Shown here in pieces: positions 49,063-64,000 of a stretch of 64,000 bases of DNA (position 1 is the first letter of the stretch; the number at the start of each line of letters is the position of its first letter). The position numbers and the translations under genes were made by a program. The stretch is from Amoebidium appalachense. Lineage: Eukaryota; Protista; Ichthyosporea. Below the pieces are notes generated by a model. The model was not told the origin of the DNA, searched no databases, and worked only from the letters and a program-made list of their open reading frames with translations. The DNA lies in NCBI GenBank assembly GCA_963693365.1, contig CAVNZM010000001.1, forward strand, positions 2,124,907-2,188,906, written 5' to 3'.

Positions 49063-49862
49063 CTATTGGTCATCCATGTCGAACTGCTCCTTGTCGTCAT
49101 CAGGGTGGTCCTCCATATCGCTCAACTCGCTCCCTGGAGAAAAGACATCAAAAAAAGAAATAAATATCGTATATCACTGTGTCAAGAGTGATATGATAAG
49201 AGAGTACAAAACACCAGTCTTCCAAACGGTAAAAGCGGACCTTTACATCGTTCACGAATAAAATTTATCGTCCACATGTAACATGTATCGTCCACGCAAA
49301 AAACGGTTATGTAGCATTCACAGCGTTGCACGATCAGGGGAAGGGTTGTGCGGGGGGAGATGGGGGATGCAACATGATACACTTGTGCATAAATGAGCAC
49401 AAGTGTGAATGGTGTCTGTTTGAGTGAATAACTAATGGAGCCCCACAAGGATCATGAGGGGGAATCATCAAATGGCAGAGACTAGAGTATTATAGGGAAA
49501 AGGGAAGGCAAAAACAGGGGTGGGGTAGCGGGGGGGGTGGGGGGGTGGGGTGGGGGGGGGGTGCTGTGCTGTGAGTGTGTGGGAAAGTGGGACGTGGTGG
49601 TGGCGTAATTTTTTTTTTTTTTTTTTTTTTGTTGGGGGGGGGGGGGGGGGGGGGATATATAGACAGGTGAGAGGGTGGAAGTGAAATGAGGGGGGAACGG
49701 GGAACGAGAGAAATCATCGTGTGTGTCTGTGTATGTTTGATCTAAACAGACGTTGGAGTGCCAGGATGTGGGGTGAAATAAAGACGAAGCAGACATAATA
49801 CAGCGTGGGGGTTATGATTCGCCTCTGTGAACATGCGTGTGTTCGTGTGTGTGTGTGTGTGT

Positions 49863-49928
<66 letters not shown>

Positions 49929-49958
49929 ATATGCGAGATGGAAAGAAAGAGTGTGTGT

Positions 49959-50025
<67 letters not shown>

Positions 50026-50127
50026 ATATGCGAGATGGAGAGAAAGAGTGTGTGTATTGTGTGTGTGTGTGTGTGTACATGTGTGCGTGCGTGAGAGGGA
50101 GGGAGGAGAGTAGGGAAAGAGGAGAGA

Positions 50128-50177
<50 letters not shown>

Positions 50178-50889
50178 ACTACGTGTTTGTGTGTACGCAT
50201 GAATGTGTGCGTATACATGCGCACGTCCGTGTGTGTGTGTGTGTGTTGTGTGTGTGTGTGTGTGTGTTGTGTGTGTGTGTGTGTGTGCGTGTGTGTTCCC
50301 CCATTTGTGCATACATGCACACACTGGACAGAGAGCATGACAAAAACTATAGGTTTCCCACACAAAAGCACAGCATATGTGCACGTACCCTCCTCATCGC
50401 TAGCTGCATCCTGGTGGCCCGCAGCTCTCATCTGCTCCTCGGTGGCAAACCGCTTGACATAGTCTGACCCCCCAACCATAAGCACTCAGTACAAACACGA
50501 ACACGACGTTCTAACTACTACTCAGAACAGAACAAACAAAAACACGACGTTCCACCTACTATTCAGAACAGACACGAACTCCACGTGCTACATATGGTTA
50601 AACGGTTAACGGCTCAATACAGACTACGTACCCAGTCAGACTACATGGATTAGCTGACTCCCGGGATAGCTTCAATCTAAAAAGGACGTCACGCCGAGAT
50701 ACTTCCATGTATAGAAACATCTCAGCGTGACGTCATACGCCATAACGATTATAGCCGGCGGCAGCTAAATTTTGATAGTCTGACAGCGTATATAGTCTGT
50801 ATTGAACCGTTGGACCTTAACACATCCACAGACTTCTTACTACCCGACCCATCTTTCTTCCTTTACCCCCAACCCATCTTTCTTCCTTT

Positions 50890-50932
<43 letters not shown>

Positions 50933-51066
50933 CACACACCCCCAAACACACACACCTCGGGGATGCCGCGTGACATGTCCTTCTCTTCTTTCCCCCACTA
51001 AAGGGTACGACCAGAACAGTCCAAATTCTAAAAACTACCCCCTCCCCCCCCCCCCCCCAAAAAAAA

Positions 51067-51097
<31 letters not shown>

Positions 51098-51170
51098 TTT
51101 AAGCCATCCACACAAACATACGCATCCAGGCCCACACACACAACCACACGCGCCCTTGCACACGCACGCA

Positions 51171-51242
<72 letters not shown>

Positions 51243-54200
51243 AAAAAAGAGGGAGAAAAGAAAAAAAACCACCTACACACTCAGCACACTCTATGTTCTT
51301 GTTCTCACACCACCCCATCCTTCACACACAAAGACTCACATCCGTGTGCACACACAAAAACACTCTGAGAACACACACGACTCTGTGCCAATTACCCCCT
51401 CCCCCCCCCCCCCCCCCCCCCCTCCTCCTCCACCCCTTTGTTCCCCCAGCACCACATGCGAAAACCCCCCCTCTATCTCCCCCTCCCTCCCAACGCACAC
51501 ACACATCCACCTCCCCCCTTCCCCCCTACGCAACCACCCACCCACCAAATCACCCTACCCCATCCCCTCACCACCTCCCCTCCCCTCATCCCCCCCTCGC
51601 ACCCCCCCCCCCCCCTCCCCCCCCCCCCCACTCCCCCTCCACCCCCCCCCCCCCCCGTCCCCCCATCCCCCCTCCTCTCCCCCTCCCCCCCCCCCCCCCC
51701 CCCCCCCCACAAACACACACACAAACACACACACCTTTGACCTTTGCCTTGTATGCCTCAGGCTGGCGCATGAGCAGTGCCGCCGCCTCCCCGTTGAGAG
51801 GGTCGGTTGGGTTTGGATACATCAGTAGCTGAGGGAGGAACGTCTCAAACACATTCAGGAGGTCTGTGTGGTCAAAAGAAGAAAAAAAAAAAGGAAAAAA
51901 AGGGGGGAAGGGAAGGGGTGAGGGAGGGAAGGGTTAGAATGTGTTGCCGAGCACAATCATGATGGACAACACAATGCGTAAGTTGAAGAGCCCTGAACAG
52001 ATGTTTTTATGTGTGTGCATGTTGCCAGGAAAACAGTTGAACGGGTCGAGCACACGCGCTTTGTGAATACGTATTCAGAAGGATGCATACGAGCCACACG
52101 AGGTAGTTTTGTGTAAGCACATGAGCACATATGCTGCATGCATATGTGCAAAAGTGTCTATGTAGGCTACCCAGAACAAGTGTGCGTATGTGGGAAAGGG
52201 GATGGAGGGGCAGCAAGCCAACATACCATACATGGGACTCCATGTCTGATTGATAACATCCAAGCACACGGATCCGGACCTGCAAAAAAAAACATGTAAG
52301 TGCAACATACAACCACCACGGGGGAAAGATATGACTCCTCAAACATAACAGCATTGCATGCAATTGTAAGTGACCTCCAACCACAAGAAGTGTGCATTGT
52401 TCCTCCAGAAAACCATGACCGACAATCACGAACAGGTAACATGGCGAGATGTAGAAGATAGAGAGCAAGGACAAGAAGTTAGCAGTCACTTTGAAAATTC
52501 TTTCCGACCAACACGAAAAAGGCAGCGGGAGAACGAGGGGTGGACGGGTGTGAGTGTATGTGTGTGTATCTATTTGTGTGGGTGAGAGATGGGTGGGTGG
52601 GTGTGTTTAGGGCGGGCGGGGAAGGGGGAGGGGGGGGGGGGGGGGGGGGGGAAGGTAGGCAAAGGGGATTTTCCGGACCATCGGCATGTAGGGAGATGCA
52701 AGGTTAGGCCCATTACTTTTAGATACCTGGGGTACTAGTGGTGAAAAACCCCATTCAATACAAGGGACACCACATTTACACCACATTTCCATGTACTGAT
52801 TAAAGTGCGTGCAGGGTGCCTCTGGATGAAGATGTATTTAGGAGGAAATGTGTGCCGAGGAAGAGGAGCGGGGGGCGGGGGGGGGGTGTTAGAGGTGGTG
52901 TTGATGGTTGAATGTAACCTTTGGGAAGGTTTTGCGAGCGTCCATGTGAGGAGGGGGAACGAGGGGGGGGGGGGGGGGGGGGGGGGGTGAGTATACATTT
53001 CATCGATGTTGGGGTGGAAAATCTTGTTCATAAATCCGATGGACGGAGACTTGTAAGGGTAGGCCTCGGGAATGTGGCACCGCACTCGCCAACACCCGCC
53101 CTCATAGGGGCCTGGGGAGGGAGGAGTTCGGTTAGAAAAAAAAAAAAAAAAAACACACGCAAAAACTTAATCGGATTCAAAGGGAAAAAAACACCAATAC
53201 GGACTACACAAACAGCTTGCAACGGATGCAGGGTCAGTCCTCGGGGGGTGGATGGTGGTCGTAGAAAGGGGGGGGGGGGGGGGGGGGGGTTTCAGAGGTG
53301 GACAGCAAGGTTTACAAATGAAAGAACACAGTACAGAGAATGTGTGCCATGAATCTGAGCATGACTCGCAATCCCCGCAGCTTGCTATATAGCCAAGGCC
53401 ATCCTCACCCCAAACGATCTGCAGCCCACTCTTTCTCCTCGGCAAAAAGCACAAAAAGGGCTAAAATATGTGGTTGAGGTGGTAGGGTGGGTGGGGGTTG
53501 GAAGTTGGAGGGGGGGGGATGGAAGGGAGAGAGGGGAAGGGGGGGGGGGGGGGGGGGGGGGGACGTGTCAAGTGGAAGGCGACGCCAATAGAAGGAAGGT
53601 GAGTGCAGAACTAGAACTCTGCAAAAACAACCTATAGGCATGCACCAGGCAGGCAGGGAGGGGAAGGGGGGTTAGAATGCACTCCAGGGTACGAAGTACA
53701 CATTCTAGGGGGGGGGGGGGGGAGGGCGGAGATAAAGAAGTTGCACCCACTATCTTTGGGCCCAAAGAAATTGACGTGGAACTCCAGCATGCTATCGTTG
53801 ACCAGTTCAACCTCATAGTCTGACATCATCCTGTGCACCAGCAACTGGTCAGGTATTTGGACTTCCACATGCGTATGTCCTTAGTACCGATTTATCGTGC
53901 AGCCTTCAGACAAAGAAGAAAGCCGAAGAACAGTAAGGCACACAGCACGCTTTTGTCCAACCCGAACCGCCCAAACAATGGTTATGTCGATCTAATTTCT
54001 AAACCTTTCTGCATTATTCCCCTCATAACATATTGTCTACAACAAGGCCACCTCTTCAGGGGGAGGTGCAAAAATGCACCCCGTAACTCGTCCCGTGCTC
54101 GTCCACCCCCCCCCCCCCCCCCCCCCCCACCACACACACACACCCACACACACACACCACCACCACCACCACCACTGCCTACCCTCGCCCTTCCTCGACC

Positions 54201-54291
54201 AGGACTCCTAAAAGAAGAGACAGGAAGAGGAGAAGGAGCGCACTTACAGCTTCATGACGTCCGTTTCAATCCTTCTGCGTGGGGACGACAT
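49063..54291 (-). CDS. UBE2H: Ubiquitin-conjugating enzyme E2 H (Ubc8 orthologue), 7 coding exons, 188 aa
   Basis: Exons 54291-54248, 53830-53751, 53111-52997, 52279-52227, 51863-51735, 50463-50389 and 49133-49063 are all GT-AG and in phase (567 nt). Protein reads [60 protein letters not shown], with an acidic tail. Confidence 0.96.
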
Positions 54292-55911
54292 TTTCTGATC
54301 CCTGCGTCTGTCAAATAGGAGACTTAGCACTCCACGCCTACTTCCCCTTCATCAAAAGCAAGCCAGCTCGCCCAGCATCAAGTTAACTCCCATCAGACTT
54401 TAGAACTGCCAAAACCAAACAGCCACACAAGCTCCACACGCACACACGCCCCAACCGAAGCACTTGGTATCAGCACGCATGTGCAAGATGAAACATTACC
54501 GGGAAAGGGAACAAGGTCAGGAACGTTAGGCAGCAACAAGCAATTCCAAGTCAATATTTACACTGGTTGCTCAGCTCGACTGAGCTCGGAGCAAAATAAA
54601 GAAACACCCCAAAAGTGGCATCAGGTCTTTGTGCTATTGAGTGGGCGAGTTGACAACGGCTCCACGCACGGATATCAGCGAAGGAAAGAAACGGACTACA
54701 ACTATACACTGAGAAGTGATAATGAAACGTACAATATAAATCTCACAAAAATTGGCGCGAGGACTTCCAACTTGTGACGTTGGAAAGCTCAAACAGCCGA
54801 ACGGAGAGTCACCAAAAAGGAGAGTGACGTGTCTCTGGATCGCTCCACTATTTATATGTTCAGGAGGTTAGAGGGGGGTAACAGAAAGCAAGCGAGCAAG
54901 TGTGTAGCTGAGGAATATGTCGCCGGTTTAAAGCCACCAAAATGCAGTAGTAGAGATGCAAACAATTTACCAAACAAGACTTTAAGAAGAAAAGAAAAAA
55001 AAAAACGAGTCTTTATGATTGCTTTATGGGCGTATATGTGGGATTTCTGCGCTATGAATCTCTCAGCAATACTTGCCAGGCGCATAGGTGATATTCTCTG
55101 CTTCGCTCATACCATGACGTCACGAATGGAGCTGTTTAAGCGAATCAAAACACTAGAAGCTTTAGAGATGGTATCCGGTTTTTATTCTGCATGATAAACA
55201 ACTCATCAAAGATCGCTTTCAGGTCATCACTTTGGGTTAACCAATCATAAACGGTCTATATGAGCCATTTGAGGACAGTGGGGGGCCAGTTTCAAGAAGT
55301 CTACTAAGTGTTCTAAACTTATAAATATCCTTTCATCACTCAAAAAAAAAAAAAAACACATAACTGGATTATTACTTTCCTTTTTTTATCTATTTTTATT
55401 GTTCCTACATGGTCAAAACTCAACTTTTCTTCTTGTGCTAAGCGCCGAGCCGCGTTCGGCCGTGTGATTGGTCAAAAACGAACTCTCGTACTCACCTTGC
55501 GAAGTTGCGAGTCTCCAAAATCGATATCCTTGCATGAGTTTCACTCAGCCTGTGTGTAATACTGTGTGTGTATAAGTTATAATTTGACGTGATGGTTACA
55601 TACTAAGTGCTCTACATATAGCTATGTTTTTGAAAGAGAAAACAAGCATATAAGTTTCTAACAAACAAATATTTAATCAAGCTCATCGAAGCTTTATAGG
55701 GCATTCGCACATCATGCATTCTTTGCTTCGCAATTAAGTAAGATCTCAAAACACAGTAAAGGCTACTGAGAAAGTCATCAGGCAAGACATATTTCATCAT
55801 TGTTCGACCGCCTGTTTCTGTTATATTCCCTTTACCCGCAAGCAGCTTTTATTAGCTAACAACTAGCCCATAAATCACGTGCTGAGTACAGATTCAGCCC
55901 TCCCGTTCATC

Positions 55912-58486
<2,575 letters not shown>

Positions 58487-58622
58487 ATCCGGTGCATGAG
58501 TTTAATTTGTGTCTTGTATCGGTTTTTGGACACACGTGCACACGCGCAGGCGCACACACACACATACACACTGAAGCAACGCACAAATTGACATTGTCAT
58601 GTACAGCGCGCGGTCACGTACC

Positions 58623-58717
<95 letters not shown>

Positions 58718-58745
58718 CGACATAGCACGTACACACACACACACG

Positions 58746-58786
<41 letters not shown>

Positions 58787-58803
58787 ACACACAAACACAC
58801 ACA

Positions 58804-58836
<33 letters not shown>

Positions 58837-58887
58837 GGCACACACACACACATACACACATGCATACACACCAAACACGGCAAACAC

Positions 58888-58921
<34 letters not shown>

Positions 58922-59306
58922 GCGTCACACACGCACACAAACTTGACACACACACACATACGCACAGCCATCAACTATTATTTATTATTGGCAACACTTG
59001 GCAAAGCAGCAACAGTTATCGTTTTAAAGATGTGTGCAGGCGTAAAAAGTTAAATTATCGGAATGATTACTATTATACAGGGGCCAATCGGAATTCATAT
59101 ACATGGAATTTCACCTCCATGATAACTTACTGTACCTCATTGATATTGACATGTATACACGCGTGTGTGTGTGAACACATACGCGACTCTCTCAAGATCT
59201 TCCACCCTCTCCTCTTTCTCTTTCTAATCCACCCCCCCCCCCCCTCCCTCTCTTTCCCCCCTCCCTCCCTTTCTCTTCAGCTCCCTCTTTCTCTCTCTCT
59301 CTCAGA

Positions 59307-59482
<176 letters not shown>

Positions 59483-59819
59483 CTCGTACACACAGTCTCT
59501 CTCGCTCTCTCCGAGACTCCCCCCCCCCCCCCCCCCCCTTTTTTTCTCGCTCTCTCTCAGGCTCTAGATTATAAATATATTCTCTCTTTCTCAGATCTCT
59601 GAAACAGACCTGTGTGTATTTAGAATGTGCCACTGCCACGTGGGTCGGTGTGTGCACATGTGTGTGTGCGGGTGCTCCCCCCTCCCTCAAGCTTCCCCCT
59701 CCTTCCCCCCCCCCCCCCCCCCCCCCCCACCACCACCACCACATGAATAATTTATGGACAAGTTCAACATGAGTTTTTACTACGGTGTCATATGTGGTGA
59801 CTAATAGCCTCGATCATCG

Positions 59820-59929
<110 letters not shown>

Positions 59930-59930
59930 C

Positions 59931-59989
<59 letters not shown>

Positions 59990-60408
59990 CACACACACAC
60001 ACATACACACGTATACCCGTGACCCACAAACACAAACACACAACGTTAACCTTCCCCCCCAAAGGTGATACTATACCATGGCCATGTGACTATTAGTATA
60101 TCTTCTTTAGAGATGATGGTGGCGGCCGTTACATCCTGAGGTTGCACGCATGGACTGTGTTGCTCCCGAACTTGATTCTGTGTGGTGTGTGTGTGTGTGT
60201 GTGTGTGTGTGTTGGGGGGGGGGGGGGGGGGGGGGGAGACTGTGTCCTGTCCTTCTGTGTGTGTGTGTGTTTGGTGGTTATGTGTGTGTGTGTGTGTGCG
60301 CGCGCGCGCGAGTGTGTGCACTCCGGCTAAGAAAACGGTTTACATTAATGGACCCACGGTGCCCTGACACGTCACTTAATTAATACTCCCTGGCTTTATG
60401 CGCCTTTC

Positions 60409-60574
60409 TGTGCGAAAACGAGTGCATATATCTCTGCGTACATTTGAGGTTTGTGTTCGTTTGTCATTGGGTGTGTTTGTGTGTGTGTGGTGTTTGTGTA
60501 TCACACTGTGTGTGTATGTGTGTATGTGTGTGTCCGTGTCACGATGCACGGTGTGTGTGCGTAGCCTCCCCCCC

Positions 60575-60654
<80 letters not shown>

Positions 60655-60707
60655 AAGCTGCCCAGAAAAAGGAACCACGTGACTCAGGGGGCGGGGCGGG
60701 GGGGAGG

Positions 60708-60747
<40 letters not shown>

Positions 60748-60974
60748 GAGGGTGGGGGGGGGGGGGGGGGGGGCACTGGTGTCTGTGCGAGAATGTGTGC
60801 ATATGTCTGTGTGTACGTTTGGATTTTGTGTTCGTTTGTCACTGGGTGTGTTGTCTGTGTGTGGTGTCACGTGTGTGTGTGCACGTGTGTGTATCACAAT
60901 GTGTGTGTGTGTGTGTGTGTGGCTCCGTGTTGCGGTGCACGCGTAGGGTGTGTGTGTCCTCCTGCCCCTCTCTT

Positions 60975-61006
<32 letters not shown>

Positions 61007-61079
61007 CCTTCCTAACCCCCTGTTCTGTAGGTCTTTTTTCTGGGCGGCGATTTTTTTTTTTTTTTTTTTTTTTGTGGGG

Positions 61080-61118
<39 letters not shown>

Positions 61119-61325
61119 AGGAGGGGGGGGGGGGGGGGGGGGGTGCCGTGCGAAAATTTGTCCATGTGTCTGTGTGTACAATTGAATTTTGTGTTCATTT
61201 GTCACTGGGACCTGGTGTGTTTGAGTGTATGGTGTGTGTGTGTGTGTGTGCACGTGTGTATCACAATGTGTGTGTGTGTGTGTGTGTGTCTCCATATTAC
61301 GGTGCACGGTGTGTGTGTGCCCCCC

Positions 61326-61372
<47 letters not shown>

Positions 61373-61420
61373 ACCACCACCACACACACATACACACACA
61401 AGTACCCACACACACACAAA

Positions 61421-61455
<35 letters not shown>

Positions 61456-61521
61456 ACGTGGCCCAGAAAAAGGAATCACACGACGAGGTTGGGGTTGTTA
61501 CGTGTGTTCCACGGTGTGTGG

Positions 61522-61581
<60 letters not shown>

Positions 61582-61718
61582 GCTGGGGGCTGTGCAAAAA
61601 TGTGTGCATATGTCTGAGTGTGCGTTTGGCATTGCAGTGTCACAAGTTGTGTGTGTGTGTGTGTGTGTGAGTGTGAGTGTGGCTCGATCCGTGTCATGGT
61701 GCACGGTGTGTGCGTGCC

Positions 61719-61753
<35 letters not shown>

Positions 61754-61799
61754 TGTCCTGTGGGTCCTTTTCTTGGGCTGCCACGGTTTTTTTTTTTTT

Positions 61800-61852
<53 letters not shown>

Positions 61853-62104
61853 CTGTGCGAAAATGTGAGCATGTGTCTATGTGTACATATTGGGATTTTG
61901 TGTTCGTTTGTCACTGGATGTTTTTGTGTGTGTGGTGTGTGTGTGTTTGTGCACGTGTGTATCACAATGTGTGTGTGTGTGTGTGACCATATCACGTTTC
62001 ACGGTGTGAGCCTCGTGTGTGTGCCCCCTCCCCCCCCCCCCCCCCCCCACCCACCACCACAACCACCACCACCACCACCACCACAAAAAAAAAAAAAAAA
62101 AAAA

Positions 62105-62143
<39 letters not shown>

Positions 62144-62200
62144 GAAGGAAGGAAAACTCCCGAAGCCCAGAAAAAGGACCCACAGGGCAAGGAGAGGATA
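60409..62200. repeat. Degenerate minisatellite of five ~260-440-bp units containing poly-C, poly-A/T and poly-G
   Basis: Unit starts (gtgcgaaaa-like) near 60409, 60785, 61148, 61591 and 61855, with the shared motif tgtgttcgtttgtcactgg. Confidence 0.85.
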
Positions 62201-62499
62201 CTACGGCCGAAAAACCTTTAATATTACTGTAGACCCTTAACCGTATCATAGTACGGGTATATTGAAAGTGAGTGACCCACATGTCCCGTACTGAGATGTG
62301 TAGTATATGTATGTATGTATGTATGTATGTAGGTATGTAGGTATGTATGTATGTATGTATATGTATCATGAGATGCCATGTATGTATCTATCTATGTATG
62401 TATACATGATATATATATCTATGTGTATTTATAAAGCATAATATGTAAAACCAGCCCCCGGGTATGATGATATGGCAAAACAGCACTCGCATTCCTGCT

Positions 62500-62555
62500 G
62501 CATTAATTAAGGCCTCCTAAATAGCACACCTATTTAGGAGGCCTTGGCATTAATT
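62500..62555. repeat. Perfect 16-bp hairpin flanked by a 9-bp direct repeat (tiny palindromic insertion)
   Basis: GCATTAATT + AAGGCCTCCTAAATAG-cacac-CTATTTAGGAGGCCTT-g + GCATTAATT. Confidence 0.85.
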
Positions 62556-64000
62556 CACGGAGGGCTAAAAATAAAATTATATCATAACTTAGCTGTTTTA
62601 AACTTCTAATTTATTACTGTAGCGTGCACCAAATATAGTCAACGCTCTATCACCTGTTGAACTTGGTAGGTAGATATTTTTGGCTTATTATTATCAACGG
62701 GTTTCAAGTCACACCGTTCAAGTTCGTGGAGAAAATACAATAATGGCCTACATTGTATACATGTGAGCCGCGCATTCCTACCGCATTCTTTTTTCAATCC
62801 TGCCATCAGCAGTACCGTGAGTTCTACAAGAAAACATGATTGGTCTTATGTCATAACTTTTCACCCCATAGGTAAGTATGTACAGATGTATGGAGTGTAC
62901 TCAGAGGAAGCGGTGCGTAACGTGTGGACGATAAGAACCGGTACCATAAAGCTTTTTCCAAATCAACCGTGTATGCGTCTTTACACTCTTTATATTGTTT
63001 TAAAAGGTCGGCCTATACGTTCATGCATCCTGCAAACCTTTTTCTGTGCATGCATACAACGATATCGATCAAGAAAATACTACATAGTTGGCAGCTGAGC
63101 TCCTCACTAACTAATACGTACGTACATGTCGCTTTTCCTTTTTTTTTTTTTTTTAGCTAGCTGTTTATGTAGCATTTCATTTTGATAACACCGTACCCGA
63201 CATCGAATATATATCTATGTACCAGGTCGATAACGCTAGGGGAATACGAAGCAAATAAATATCCCCTCATGGCTGAGACTGGCCTCTCTCTTGTGCCCCA
63301 GGGCCGGGTAAGCCTATATTTTGTAGGCTTGGTAAACTGCGTTAACCCCTTGCTATGTCAATGGCATTTGAATTTCTCTTGTGTATGTATTGTCCATGAT
63401 ATTAGTACTGGCGCGCCGTGCACAGACACGGAGGATTTGTTCCAGCTGCAGCTTTCTCGAGAAAAGTGTGTATATCTCCTTACCTCGTGTATGCCTGAAA
63501 TGTACATACGTAGGCTGATATGGTTATGCAACCTGCAAGGCTGCAAGCCTGCAACACCATTTTCTACTATGTCACAACGAAAGTAACGTGTGTGCACGTC
63601 CTTGCTGCACGTACGTTCAGTATGTAACGTGCCTGTCAATGGCATTCGGATTTATTCTTGTCGCTATTCGAAGCTTTGTAAACCTAACTTACTTGTTACC
63701 TAAGGCTTTTAACTTAGCTTAATAAGGTTATTCGGCGAAACGGCGTAGTCTGAATGGCTATATATCATGAGCAGATCTTCGCACTCAGATTCTAACCCAG
63801 GCGCAGGCCGGTATAAAAAAAGCAGCTTGTGCGCAATGCCACAAAGTACAACATTTGGACAAACCACGTCCTGACCTGTTTTCAAACTCTGTCTACCGTT
63901 TGGTACTACAGAAAAGATGCCACCTCTATACTCTCGCGTGCTGGCCGCTCTCCGTCACCAATGTCGCGGCGTTCGGCCTCTGCTACTACAGTGGCGGGCC

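Overview
This is a eukaryotic window with two parts. Bases 1-42.3 kb are a deeply nested retrotransposon pile. It holds two LINEs: one intact, and one whose ORF2 runs from the APE endonuclease into a frame-preserving 216-bp tandem array. It also holds an intact Ty1/Copia element with half-tRNA(iMet)-type priming plus its solo LTRs and non-autonomous derivatives, a second Copia family, two Ngaro-type tyrosine-recombinase retroelements with split direct repeats, a non-autonomous Gypsy, and a ~440-bp TRIM-like element whose LTR contains a complete tRNA cloverleaf with Pol III boxes. Bases 42.3-64 kb are microsatellite- and homopolymer-rich genic DNA with an intronless METTL24/FkbM-like methyltransferase, a 7-exon UBE2H/Ubc8 gene, a 2-exon gene with a probable ubiquitin-like fold, and a minisatellite whose internal cassette alternates orientation. 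The most notable observations are the tRNA-bearing TRIM (a tRNA analogue of the 5S-bearing Cassandra elements), near-total CGC/GCG avoidance in the intact Copia ORF, the LINE with a Q/P-rich repeat inside ORF2, and repeated insertion into the first ~70 bp of LTRs. All calls were made by eye; no database searches were run, and long homopolymers may contain sequencing or assembly length errors.
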